A DNA stretch of 64,000 nt, from assembly GCF_009914755.1 (NCBI RefSeq), contig NC_060928.1, one strand, 5' to 3'. The DNA comes from the human T2T-CHM13v2.0 reference genome, Homo sapiens. This document shows, piece by piece, positions 14,868 to 27,596 of the stretch (positions within the stretch are counted from its first letter, which is position 1; each line of letters starts with the position of its first letter). The position numbers were made by a program, and so were the translations under genes. The notes beneath the pieces are model-generated. The model was not told the origin of the DNA. It saw only the letters and a list, made by a program, of their open reading frames with translations, and ran no database searches.

Positions 14868-15193
14868 AGTCCTTTTCTGTCCACAATGATAGCCACTAGG
14901 CACATGAAGCTGTTGAGCCCTGAAATGTGCCTGGTCCAAATTGCAATGTGCTATAGGTATAAAATCCACACCAGATTTTGAAGCCTTAGAAAAAGGAATG
15001 TAAAAGCTCTTATTAGTAATTTTTTAATTGGTTACTTGATGAAATGATGGTGTACTGGATATGTTGGGTTAAAGAAAACACTTTGTTAAAATAAATTTCT
15101 CTTTCTTTCCCCTCTTTTTAGATATGGGTTACTAGAAAGTTTAAAATGACACCTTCATGTTTGTGCCTCTCACTCTTTCTACTGGGCAGCGCT
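14868..15193. mobile_element. hAT-Charlie DNA transposon (MER33-like)
   Basis: tagccactaggcacatg...gtataaaatccacaccagattttgaag...tttctactgggcagcgctg terminus. Confidence 0.75.
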
Positions 15194-15989
15194 GGTTTAA
15201 TCAGACAAAGCATCACCATCTCTATTTCATTTCTTCTCCTGCAGATAGCAATATTACCCACCACAGCAATGTGATTCAGAACATCAGTGATGGAAGAGAA
15301 GGGCCACTTGATTCTGTGTTGGCTTCACTGTGCTGCATTCTCCTCACCTCAGCAATCTAAGACATAGTGAAAAAAATACTCTGACCTGTACAAACCTCTG
15401 CTTCCTTGAAGTTTCTGCCAATAGAAGGATGGATTGGCCACTCTTCTCCCAGCTCCCCTGAGCTCGTCATCTGCCTGGCTTCCTAGGCACTTGTATATTG
15501 AGGATTGTTCCTACCAGTTCTGTCTTTCACAGATGTGGCTTTGGGGAAGGACCTGCAACAGTTCTCAGGGCACGGGGGGAAAAGGTGGCATTGAGCCAGG
15601 ATTTTTTTTTCCTTCCTAATATAGTGTTTACAAAGGCAGCTGCAAAGCCCTCGCTTCCCCTCAACACAGAGCCTTACACCTGACACCTCTGTTCTCCTTA
15701 AAACTGGAATAGGCCATTCCCAGGGGAATCTGCATTTTTAGGTGGATTTCTTCAAAGCCCCTAAAGCTTGCAGTATGAAAAAAAAAAATGGGCCACTAAT
15801 GAAGTCGTTTCAAATCTGATGGCAGAGAGTGAGAAAGAATTCATCCCCTACTCCCTCTCCTTTTCAAGCCAGCCTCAGGAAATGTCTAGAGTTCATCTTA
15901 AAGGGACCTAATTGAGATGGATTTAGAACTGAATTCCAATGATACTGAAGAATTTGGGTTGAGAGAGAAGTGAATGTGATCATTACAGT

Positions 15990-16210
15990 AGTAGCTTGTG
16001 TTGATTAAGCCCCTTTTGACCCTGTTATCAATTAATCTTTGTAACAGTCCTATGGGGTGAGCACAATTATTACTTCCATTTTGCAGCAGTATAAACTGAG
16101 GCAAGGGGTTGCTACATAAGATGCTTAAAGTCATAACCTAAAAGACAGCAAAGACTCCTTCTAGCCTAACTCCAGGACCAGTGCACTCAACTTCTCCAAA
16201 CCTCCCTACT
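15990..16210 (-). mobile_element. MIR
   Basis: taacagtcctatgggg...ccattttgcag...aaactgaggc core. Confidence 0.65.
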
Positions 16211-17255
16211 ACCCTGTCTCCCATATGTGAAGGGGCTGCAGAAGAAATGAGCAAGCTTGGCTTCGTCTGTGTGTTCCCATCAGTAAATTTAATTTTTCCC
16301 CATAAGTTCCAAAATTTTATGAGCCTGCAGACATTTTTGTAACCCCTGAAATATTTATGATTGTTCCTACACTTAATGCGAGGTCTTGGCTTTCCTCAGT
16401 GTTGGTGGAGAGCATATTGGATAGAAGATAACTTCCGATATGTGATATTTTAAACTTCTAGGCACTGCAGCCCACTGAAATGTAAGTTTCTTGAGGAAGG
16501 AGGTTTTTCTTATTTGTCTTTGTGTTCCGAGTTTTCATGGCGGTGTCTGGCATGTAGCTGGTATCTATTAACTACAACTAACCCTTCCTTCCAAGTCACA
16601 TTTGAATAAAATGAACAAAAATACAGACTGGAAGAGTTAATATTCCCTTTCCAAAGAACTAAGGGAATAGTTACTCACTAGAAGATAATATTACTTATTA
16701 TCTCTTATATAACCTTTTAAATTCCTTTCACCCAGAAACTTTAATTACCAATGGGCAAATGCTTCTCTAATTATTTGGACCTAATTCCTATGTCATAGTC
16801 AAATAATTGGACTTTTAAATTTTAACAAGAATAACTACAAGCAAGTAAACAAACTAAATAATGCAAACATTCATATTTCACAGACTTTCTTGGATCAAAA
16901 AGGAATATTTTTGGTAACTGATAATTTTAGGGAACCGATTATATTCTATTCATTGCATTTTTCTCTACTCAAAAAGTATAAAACAAATGTTCATTTTTTA
17001 TGAGTCAAAATTGCAACATGTATAAATAATTGGTTTTCAATGATGCATGCAAATAATATCAAAACTTGTTTTAAATGTGGAAGCAATTGTGGATATAATT
17101 ACAGAGTATGCAGTTCAACACCCTCTTGCTCATTAATATATATGGACCCTCTAATGGATGTTCATCATTCCTTGGGAATCAAATCTGGCAGGTCAGATCC
17201 AAAGAAGATCATTCTTCCTGGTTGTCAAGTAGATAATAGCCTAAAAAGCAAATCA

Positions 17256-18260
17256 ATAGCAATATCCAAATCAATTGCACCGTTTAGAACAGCAAGGCCC
17301 ACTTAAAACTCAAATTCCAATTTCGTTAGTACTCAGAAAGAAATATTAATTATAAGGATACAAAATATGCTATATAAATCTCACCTCTTCTCATTTGACC
17401 TCTCCCGCTCATATTTTAGTGGGTGGTAGCCAACAGGTATATTTTGGCTTTGGTTGTAGTGGTTGGGGATGGGTGAGAAAAGTTGCTTCCTGTATTTATA
17501 TAACTCGTCTGTTTGTGTGGACCTACTCACAACTATTCTTGTCATTGTTGCAAAATTCATAGTAATTTCTCAGTTTTACAGATTTTGCAAACTTTGACTT
17601 ACTCACATTTGTAATTACAAACTGCAATTAAAATTCTATGGCTTTGTGCCATTTCCTCTAGAGCATCTCTTTTTGGGTAACCTGTAAAAGACAAAGGGAT
17701 GAGTGGGTCCTGTAAACTCCATGAAGCTGGCCAGGATGGCTTCAAGAAGGCAGCTTTGGAAATGAAGGTGCATAGGCTCAAAAGTCCTTGGGCACTGCCA
17801 GCCATCTTTGTTATATCATCTGTTGCTGTGACCATCCCTGTTCCCAACCCTAAGCCAATGTAATATATAAGCTGATCTTGAAGTCTGGAGAAGGATTAGT
17901 GAGCTGGTGGAGGGCAGGAAGAAGGAAGGTGTAGAGAGTTTGAACAACCTGTGCCAATGTTCAAATGGCAGAGAGATGGCTCTTCTGAGGAGTTGAGAGG
18001 AGACTGGAAATGATGGAGCATTGCTTGCATGTGAAGATGAGGCTGAGCAGTTGGCAAGGGTAAGATCATGTAGACTTGGGCAGGACATGCATAGCCATAT
18101 AGAAATCAATTGCAACGTTTAGAATAGCAAGGTCCAGTCAAAACCCAAACCCTAATTTTATTAGTACTCAGAAAGAAATATGAATGATAGGCATATAAAA
18201 TATACTATGTAAAGCTTACCTCTTTTCAGTTGACCCTCCTTCCTTCTATTTCAGTGGATA
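17256..18260 (+). repeat. Diverged direct repeat, copies 17256-17425 and 18091-18260
   Basis: Ungapped hand alignment, 134/170 identical, including identical ttagtactcagaaagaaatat. Confidence 0.92.
17607..17681 (-). other. Candidate 75-nt exon (unverified)
   Basis: Minus strand cctttgtcttttacag|GTTACC...ACAAAT|gtgagtaa; one open frame (YPKRDALEEMAQSHRILIAVCNYK), no recognised protein. Confidence 0.35.
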
Positions 18261-18600
18261 GAGTAGGCAAAAGAGGCATATTAGCTTTAGTTTAAAGTTC
18301 ATTCTGAAAGTTAGGCTATTTGGTGAAAATTTTCAAAGGTGGAGCAACATAACTAGATATCAATTTTAGAAGTGAGAAAAACCCATCCTAAAGATGTGGT
18401 TGGAGTGGTGGGGATGGATAGATCTTTAAGATGTAGAATTAACACTATTGATGACTGGCAGTCGGAGTGAATTTAGTATGACATTCACATTTCCAGGCAG
18501 GTAACTTGAAGGACAATGGTGCCATTGATTAAAACAGATATTATTAAGTATTACGGTTATTGTTAGAGAGCAAATATGAGATGAGGGATGGATATTTTAA
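17860..18600 (-). mobile_element. L2, interrupted at ~18091-18290 by a locally duplicated segment
   Basis: L2-like purine-rich motifs on both sides (gatgaggctgagcagttggcaagggtaagatcatgtagactt; aggacaatggtgccattgatt). Confidence 0.6.
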
Positions 18601-18610
18601 AAAAAGAAGA

Positions 18611-18906
<296 letters not shown>

Positions 18907-19004
18907 GAAGAAGAAGATGATAATGTTTTATGGAGACTTTTTAGCATGAAGCTCTCTAATGTGCACAGCTAAAAGAGGAAAAACAACATCATCAAAAACA
19001 ACAA

Positions 19005-20292
19005 AGGGATGCCCAACACCCAACCCCCAGAAATTCTGATTTAATTGGTTAGAGCGGAGCCAGGCATTAGGTGTTTTTTGTTTGCATTTTTGTTTTTATT
19101 ATGGTAAAAAAAAACCCAACAACATACATGAAATATACCCTCTCAACAAATTTTTAAGTGTACAGTACAGTATTGTTAACTACATGCCCATTGTTATACA
19201 TATCTGTTGTGCAAATCTCTAGAAATTTTTCATCTTGCATGACTGAAAGTCTATAATCATTGAACAGCAGCTCCCCATTTCTCTCCCTCACTAGTCCTTG
19301 GTATCACCATTCACATTTCTCCTTCCATGAGTTTGACTGCTTTAGTAGATACCTCATACACGTGGAATCATACAGTATTTGTCTTTCTGTGACTGGCCTA
19401 TTTCACATATCATAATGTCCTCAAGTTCTTCTGTGTTGTAGCATGTGTCAGGATTTCCTTCTGTTTTAAAGCTGAATAATATTCCACTGGATGCACCCAC
19501 CACATTTTCTTTATCCATTCATCAGTTGGTGGGCCTTTAGGTTGTTTCTACCTCTTAGCTATTGTGAGTAGTGTTGCAAGAAACATGGAGGACAAATATC
19601 TCTTCAAGATCCTGATTTCAGTTCTTTTGCATAAATACCCAGACATGGGAATGCTGGATCATATGGTAGCTCTATTTTTAATTTTTTGAGGAATCTCCAT
19701 ACCGTTTTTCATAGCAGCTGCTCTATCTTTTTTCCCCACCAACAGCGTACAAGGGTTCCAGTTTCTCCATTTCCTAACCAACATTTATTCTTTTCTTTCC
19801 TTCTGTTTCTTCTTTTCCTTTTTTTTCTTTTAATAGTGGCTGTCCACACCGGTGTCAGATGGTATTTTATTGTGGTTTTGATTTACATTTCTTTGATGAT
19901 TACTGATGTTGAGCATCTTTTCATACACCTGTTGACCATTTGTATATTTTCTTTGGAGAAATGTCTATTCAAGTCATTTTCCCATTTTTAAATTAGGCTA
20001 TTGATTTTTTTGCTATTAAATTGTATGAGTTTCTTACATATTTTCCATACTAACCCTTTATCAGATATATGGTTTGCAAATATTCTCTCCTATTCCACAG
20101 GTTGCCTTTTCACTCTGCTGATTGTTTCCTTTGCTGTGCAGAAACTTTTTAGTTCAATGCAGCCCCATTTGTCTACTTTTGCTTCTGTTTCCTGTGCTGT
20201 CGGTGTGATATTCAAGGGATCATAGGCATTAGGTGTTTTTATAAAGCTTCCCCAGATGACTCTATTGTGCAACCAGGACTTAGAACCATTTG
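19005..20292. mobile_element. MER5A-like hAT element split by an L1 (pieces ~19005-19078 and 20224-20292)
   Basis: ccccagaaattctgatttaattggt...; tttataaagcttcccagatgactct...cttagaaccat. Confidence 0.7.
19079..20223 (-). mobile_element. 5'-truncated old L1 (L1MA/L1MB 3' end)
   Basis: ORF2 C-terminal peptide [28 protein letters not shown] on minus strand; perfect 17-bp TSD aggcattaggtgttttt at 19062-19078 and 20224-20240. Confidence 0.93.
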
Positions 20293-20579
20293 TCAAAATT
20301 ACACCTTGCTATGATGTAAAGCCTATGGTTCCATCTAGACATAAAAGTCCTCTCAGTAGAACAGCCCAGCAGCTGAACACATTTATAGTCTGTGTGGCAT
20401 GGTGATCCCTACAGGGAGGAGTGTGTCTAAATTTCTGGATGGGATAGGAGTGGGGTAGTGAGAATGCAGCTGGAAAGAGCACATTCAATATTGTTAAATA
20501 ATTTTATCTCCGAATAATAATTTTTTCATAACTTAAACTACAAAAAATAACAATCCACTGGAGTCACATTAGTTCAGAA

Positions 20580-20700
20580 AGTCTAGAATGTCAGCTCTCT
20601 GAGGACAGGGATATCTGTCTCTGTCCACTGCTGTATCTCCAGCCCCCGGACAGTGTCTGGCACATTGTAAGCACTCAAAATATATTTGTGGAAGTGGCTG
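20580..20700 (+). mobile_element. L2 3' end
   Basis: ctagaatgtcagctctctgaggacaggga...cagtgtctggcacattgtaagcactcaaaatatatttg. Confidence 0.8.
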
Positions 20701-20892
20701 AGCCGCAGATTGGCTGTGGTTCTGTCCACAGTGCCTGGAACTGTTATTTTCCTATTATTATCTAGCCTCTCAGCTCTTCCTCTTTCCTGCCAGCCTTGAC
20801 TTCCCGTCTTAGCTCATAGGAAGCTGTGTCCAGCAGGCATCTTCCTTCTGTGAAGCTGTAAGGGCTGTATGCAACTGGGTCCCGAGTGCAAT

Positions 20893-20933
20893 GTGTGTGT
20901 GGGGGGGGGGGGGAGGGCGTGGGGGCGTGGGGG
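20893..20933 (+). repeat. (GT)n followed by G-runs (G-quadruplex motif)
   Basis: Long G run, then A-GGG-CGT-GGGGG-CGT-GGGGG. Confidence 0.8.
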
Positions 20934-22709
20934 ACGGTCATTGGTTCATCCAGGAAATGTCCATTTACATACTAAAGTCTGATTGGTCTAGAAGAGTAGC
21001 TGAGCACAATCAGTCCTGTGTGTCCACAGACCAGGAAGCTTAATATAAGTTAAGTCCAACCATATTTAACAAAATATTATGTCACTGTAGTGATGGAGTG
21101 ACGATCATAAAAGTGTTAAAATGAAAATATAAAGTATGCACTGTATTAAACTTCATCCCTTCATTGAAATCATTTTCACTTGTATTTTAACAATCTGCAC
21201 ACTATCAAATGACAGTCTGTTTCGAATATGCCTGATAAAATTTTAAAAAACCATTGACTTGTTTCTATAGCATAAATGTGAAAGCTTTCAGAAAGAAAAA
21301 GAAGAAATGGAATATGCATACAGTTTTTCATAATTTTTATTTTATCATTTTCGAGCACTCAGATGAGGATTTGGGAAAATCTTCATGTCACTCTTTTAAT
21401 AAAGCCACAGTGAGCACTTCATGCTGCTTCCACTTCCCACACACAAACTTTCTAATTATAAAAGGACCTTTTCAGACTTATTCAGGGCATATAATCTTAT
21501 TTGCAGCTCCTAATTGGAGGACTGTGTTTGTTGAAAAGAACAGAAGTCTTCAGTCATTTAGAATAAAGCTGGCCCATCAACCCCTGTGGGAAGAAAAGAA
21601 CTATTTATTTTATCCGTTAATCCCAAATACAAACACAATAAAGCTGTCTTTTCTAATAGTGACCTATTTCATGTTAAATTGGGATAAAGCTAGCTTTGCT
21701 CAATAAGACTATTGTTGTCAACAAAAAAGTCAATCTTATTAGGATTCCCATTGAATAACTTCCAATAACTTATCTTTTAAAATGCTAAACCCAAATCCCA
21801 GTTGAATTCTCTACGTTGTCTGCAAATCGGGAAAGGAAATAACCTCAACCGGTGAGCCCCATCTAGTGTCAGGGAAGTAAATTGCTGGTCAGAAACCGGG
21901 TCTATAATTTTTTCTTATCTTTAATCTGATTTTTAAGATTCTTCTATTTGTGCCCAAACCCTTATGTTTTTGTTTCTTTCTGGGGTTTATTTGCCTATAT
22001 TTTTATTTCTAAAACTAAATAACTTTCTATACCAAGCACATTTTTTCTTGATAACTTATAAAAATACAACATTGCTTAAAATTAGCCAGATTTCCCCATT
22101 GGTTTTATTTTAAAATATTAATTTTAAAACGTGGACAGTCATGTTCCTTGAATAGCATTACAGAGCACTCATGTACTAAACTATGTTTGATGTAAACAAT
22201 ATTATTCACTTATCAATTTTATTTTATCAAAAGACCCCAAAGGATCTTTCTTGATATGAGTTTTAGAGGAGCAAGACCGAGTCACAGAAAAATCCAATGG
22301 AACATCTAAGGACATTGAAGATTTCGAAGTCTACTTTCTTGGGCAACATCTACATTTGAGGATTGTATTGGCTTGGAGGTCAGTTTCTTTTAGCCAACTA
22401 CATCAGAGCTTAAGTGCAGTGTGTCTGCCTTCCACGCTTCTGCATTTCTCGACTGTTAATAAACACGTCAAAAACGAGTAAGGCAAGTTCAGGGCTCAGC
22501 TCCAGTCATACATGGGAAATGCCTTTGCTAATAATTCTGCCTTATAAATGCAAACCTTCTTTGTTCCCACACACACAAAAAAACTTGACAATAGCCAAAT
22601 GAAGTAGAACATATTCCTCAATTTATCTACACTTAAGATATTTCAAAATATCTTTCCACTAGCCTATGTGCTCAAACCACAAAAGCAGACATAGGTATAT
22701 AGAGGTATC

Positions 22710-23110
22710 TGGGTTATGGAGGAAAGAACAAAGGACTGAAGTTCAAATACTAACATTGCCCTTCACTGGCTGCATGTCCTTGGGAAGCCAAATCTCCCAA
22801 TAGGGTGCCATGAGTTCAGGCTATGGAGCAGACAATCCCTGTTTCTCCACCTCCCAGCTGTTAGACTTTAGACAAATTATTTCTCTAAGCCTTGACTTCT
22901 TCATCTATCATGATATTTACTTCCTTCATACAGGAAGATTGTTATGAAGACTGACTGATAAAGTATGTGAAGTGTGTAGCTCAGGGTCTGGCACATAACA
23001 GAGTGCTCAGTGAATACGACTATGACTCACAAATGGAGGGACAAGCGCCCACCTCACAAGATGGTCGGGAAGACTCTAAGACATGGGAAAATGTTGGTCA
23101 ACTTTAAGGC
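22710..23110 (+). mobile_element. MIR fragments (nested or tandem)
   Basis: tttagacaaattatttctctaagccttgacttcttcatct...tctggcacataacagagtgctcagtgaat. Confidence 0.65.
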
Positions 23111-23604
23111 ACTCTATCAATGTAATGAGTTAGGCAAACCTAGTAGGCCCCTCCTAGAAGGCCTAAAATTAAAAAGAGAGCTGTTGAAATTGAAGAACAT
23201 GGGGCTTTCATAGGTCAGCACAAGCTCTGTGAGCTGAACAGAAGTTTTGTAGGTCTAATGATTTGTATTGTTGGCTTACATTGTATTTGGGGTTGCAAAT
23301 TTTTGAAAAGAAGAGAATGATAGAGTTGGAAGGGAGATTGTATTAATTTAGTTTTCTTGTTTTATTGAGGAAAAAAACCTAATGTCCCTTCCTTCTTCAG
23401 AACTCCTTGCACACTTGAGATCATTTAAGAATTTCAAAGTATTTGTTTAATGTCTGCTTTTGCTCCGACTGTAAGAACCATGTATTCAGGGGCCATGTCT
23501 ATTTGGGCTGCACTGTATCTTCAGATGTGGCTCTGTGTCCAGCAGTGTCTAGTAGTGTCTAGTACCTTGTCTACACATGGTAATTGCAGACAAGCTCAAA
23601 ACTG

Positions 23605-23850
23605 CCATATAGCAAAGTACATAAGGGCATGGACTCCTCAGGGAGGAAAGGCTGGACACAAATTGGACCTCTCTGGTTTACTTCCCGTGTGACTTTGGGC
23701 AAGCTACTTAGCCTCTCTAAGCCTCAGTTTCCTTGCCTATAAAACAGAATTAATAATGACAGTACCTATTTCATAGGGTTGTTCCAGAGCTTTATGAGCT
23801 AATTCCTGTAAAGTGCCTGGAATGGTATAATTCTGTAAATTTACCTAAAT
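23605..23850 (+). mobile_element. MIR
   Basis: gtgtgactttgggcaagctacttagcctctctaagcctcagtttcctt core. Confidence 0.8.
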
Positions 23851-25769
23851 GACCAAGATAGCAAAGCCAATTAGAAAGTGTTCTGGAACTAAAACCCTAC
23901 CTAGGTCTTGCTCTTTATTTTTTTTTCCCCTCCATATCTTTCAAACCCTCTGCCCAGACCACTTTTCCAAACCATTAAATCTATCAGATAAAAACAGCAA
24001 TGCAAAATAAAGTATTGGTTGATTCACTCAGAGGTGCTGCAGGCCTTCCAAGTCTAGCAGCAAGTTTCAGGAACTCATTTCAATGGTGTTAAGAGGCTTA
24101 TGATTGCTAATAACTTCCCAGTGTCTAAAGCACAGAGCTGAACACAGTATTTCATATTTTGCTCTAACAGCTAGTCCTTAAGGGTTTGACTATCAGATGT
24201 AGGCACGCTAGATTATGAAAATGGCACATTTAAAAATATCTCTGCACCTCACTCCTAGATGACTTTTAGCAGGTGAACTAACTGTTAGCCTCCTGGAAGA
24301 TTAGATGTCAGGATAATTAGCTCTCTGCCACATAGGCTATCTACTTTTCAAATCTTATTCTCCTTTCTTCCCTATGTCTCTTAGTAGACGCAACTCATTA
24401 TTACTTTATGCCTGAGTTTTCCCCTTTCTTTTCAGCACACTCATAAACCACCTCCTTGTCATGACTTATTTCACACTCAATTCATACTGTTAGCTTTGAT
24501 GTTCTCTTTTACAATTCAGTTTGTATTCAGATACCAGAGAAAACAAAGAGCAAGTTAGACAGGTAAACCAGATAACAAGTATTACCTATGATGACCCGTT
24601 CTCCTATCTCTCCTTGGTCTTCAAAATTCCATGTGCTGTGGAGGAGGTAAAATGCACATTTTCCCATTTCATGGCATGTCCAGAGGTCTGTGAGTTTCTT
24701 GTTTCATTGTCTAACATTAGGGTCTCTGAGCTTTCCCATTTCATTATTCTGTACGACCTGGACTCGGCCTTATACAACTGGGGAATAACTTTTGCTTTTC
24801 TATTACAAACGGAGCCAATGAAAAGGTAGACTGAAAAAGAGTAAGATGGAGTGGAGAATTCACCAAAGGAACCATATAATTATAGAAATTTCTGGCTAGA
24901 AGAAATTTGAAAGGCTCTCTGTTCACCTCCCTGCACTTTAGCTCTACCCCATACCAATGGAACAGGTAATTATGGCTTCTATTTCAAAAGACTTCACAGG
25001 ATCCATGCCTCTGCCTTCCATTTAAGACAGTTCTTCATGTATGCAGCAAATACCTTCTCCTCTTCTAGTTCAAACTCTTGTCTTTCTATTGTTAGGAAGA
25101 AGAGTTTGTTAGTTTAATGCCACCTAGAAATATAGATGTCCAACAGGTAGAAAGGAGAGACTACTTCACTTCTCAGCTTCCTTCCTCACCTACAACCCGT
25201 AGGCTTTGCTCTCCAGCTTCTCTGGGTATTGCTACAGTTTGATTTATTGTGAAAACTCCAGGATTTCCTGAAAATGGTCTAGAACTGAGCCAGTGTTTGA
25301 AGTACAAGAAAAGAGAATGAGGAATATTTCCTCCCTTTTCGCTTTCCTTTGTCAGCATTGTTGTACCATTTCTTAGGGGCTCACTACTTCCTCACCCCAC
25401 CCCACCTTCACAGCTCAGAAAATGTGGGGCAAAATCCAAGTCCTATGAAACTGCCCTTAGGCATATGCCCTTAGCTCTATCCCAAATCCAGATCTTCTCA
25501 AAACTATAATGAAGGGCTTAGAGTCCTAAGGGCCAGGAGATTTCTAAGACTTGTAGACCCAGGAATTGCTACCTAGTGACCTAAAACTGTCAGGAAATTC
25601 CCCCTACTTCACTCCCATCTGCAATCTTGACTACAGGTTCCTTAAATTTTTTTTTTTTTAATGCTGAGCATGACTTGATAGTAACTTGCTGGGCTATTTT
25701 CAACACACATCTATCTTAGTTTTTGAACACCAGTGATCAGCCTATTGAACTTTAAGTGGTCTGGCAACA

Positions 25770-26010
25770 TGTGTAATGAAGAGCAGTAGTTTAGGGGTCA
25801 GGCTGACCTTGGTCTGATGCTCCACTATTTCATTTACTGTTGAATGACTTTTGTCAGATTGCTTAACCTGTCTAAGCTTCAGGTTCTTTCTATGTAAAAT
25901 GGAGCTGATGCAGACTTCAGGGTTTGATAAGAAGATTAAAGAGAGAATTGATGTATGTAAAGCACCCAACACCGTTCCTGGCCTGCGCTAATTGTTTCAA
26001 ACACATTTAT
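25770..26010 (+). mobile_element. MIR
   Basis: ttgcttaacctgtctaagcttcaggttctttctatgtaaaatgg core. Confidence 0.7.
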
Positions 26011-26310
26011 TTCTCTCCCCTACTGGATAAAGGGCAAGAGCTATAGCACCTAAGGCATTTAGTGGCTTCATTAGTTAAACTGAGCTGACTTAATAGCAAC
26101 ATTCACTGGAATTGTTAATAACAGAAATAGCAACTTGCTGTCATAGAGACTTAATAACAGTCTCTATTGTGTACTTGCTGTGTGCCCCATATTGTTCTGG
26201 GTACTGAAGCTAGAAAGGCAGTAGGGCATAGGGTTCCTGTACTCATGAAGCTCAGAATGTAGAAGCATCTGGCATATGTGGGCCACTTCATGAACATGTA
26301 AGAGTCACAT

Positions 26311-26575
26311 CAGGATTGGCTTAAGATTTTAGAAGACCTAAGCACTAAAAAATTACAGTGCTGCCACCTCCATATATAATTAAAAATAAAAACAGTATTA
26401 AGTCATAATTAAGTGTAAAGAAGCAGAACAATGCTCCAATATTTTTCCTACTGTGATAACTGTCTTATTACTTCTTTTGAAATATCAATTTTTAAATTAT
26501 TTTTTTCAAAGTGATATTTTTTGAGGTGTCCTCATTTTGTAGGTAACTAGTATACTTACATAGTAATCTAGCCCT
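26311..26575. mobile_element. Probable hAT-Tip100 MITE (MER91/MER45-like)
   Basis: Degenerate terminal inverted repeats caggattggctta ... taatctagccctg. Confidence 0.4.
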
Positions 26576-27492
26576 GGCCCCACAACATTACCCCAAGGGC
26601 TCTCCTCATGTTCCCCGAATGGATCAGAAGCTAGAACAATGCAGAGAAGCCAGGGGTCTTGACCATTCATAAACTATTTGGTAAATTCCACAAAGAATAA
26701 AAAAGTAATTGAATATTTTGAGGCAAGATCAAATCACCTTATAAAAAAGTAAAAAGTAAAAAAGCACTGGCTCAGTTCTAGACCATTTTCAGGAAATCTT
26801 GGAGTTTTCACAATAAATCAAACTGTAGCAATACCCAGAGAAGCTGGAGAATTTGAAATTCTTTCCAAACATATGGAATATTTTTCTCTGGAATGGACTT
26901 TTAAAAATGCACAAATGGGACATAGGAGCAGTTATATTTAGAAGAGCACATTGTGGAGACAATTTTATGTTATGTCTTAAAGGACTAGCTCACTGCTCAG
27001 CTACTTACCCCAGCTCTGTTCTTATAATAAAGATAAAATGCTGAGAACAGTGGTTGCATGAGACATTCACCAGGATGCAAAGGTACTCTTTTTTTTTTCT
27101 CAGTTCCTCCCTTTCTTTAAGAGATGTTTTCTCTGAAGGCCACAGTCTGGCCGTAAGCAAGTTTGGCAGTACGTGGGGAGGCTTACCTGAAGATCTAGCT
27201 GACAACCACTGACATTTGGAGCCACTCACCTTTATACTGCAAATCTGAAAGATAAGCAACAAGAAAGACCTAAAAACAATGACAGAACTTTCTCAAGCAC
27301 AGACAAAAACAATTTACACAGCCACTGTAAATAGTTAATAAAATCCATTTTATAGTCCATCTACATAGATTTCCATTACATCCTGTTCTGTTTCACACAT
27401 GCATTTTTCTTTTGGATTGTTAGGCAATAAAGAGTCAAGTCATTTATCATGTAGTGTCTTAGTATTTCTTTAAAATGTTTTACCATTTTCAG

Positions 27493-27596
27493 GAAATTCT
27501 GTGGCTTCTATAATTAATCTCCCAGTAGAAGCTGTTTTAGAAAGACTCCAGAACAACCGAAAGAAGTCTTTTCTTTGTGGAATTGTTTTGGGTCTT
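27493..27596 (+). other. Candidate 104-nt exon (unverified)
   Basis: ccattttcag|GAAATT...GGTCTT|gtgagt; one open frame (NSVASIINLPVEAVLERLQNNRKKSFLCGIVLGL), no recognised protein. Confidence 0.3.

Noticed and set aside
21254-21706. 150-aa ORF in unique sequence
   Set aside because: Non-ATG start, AT-rich composition, no recognisable domain or splice context.
22267-22480. Open frame after ttttag (EQDRVTEKSNGTSKDIEDFEVYFLGQ...)
   Set aside because: Poor pyrimidine tract, no strong donor, peptide not recognised.
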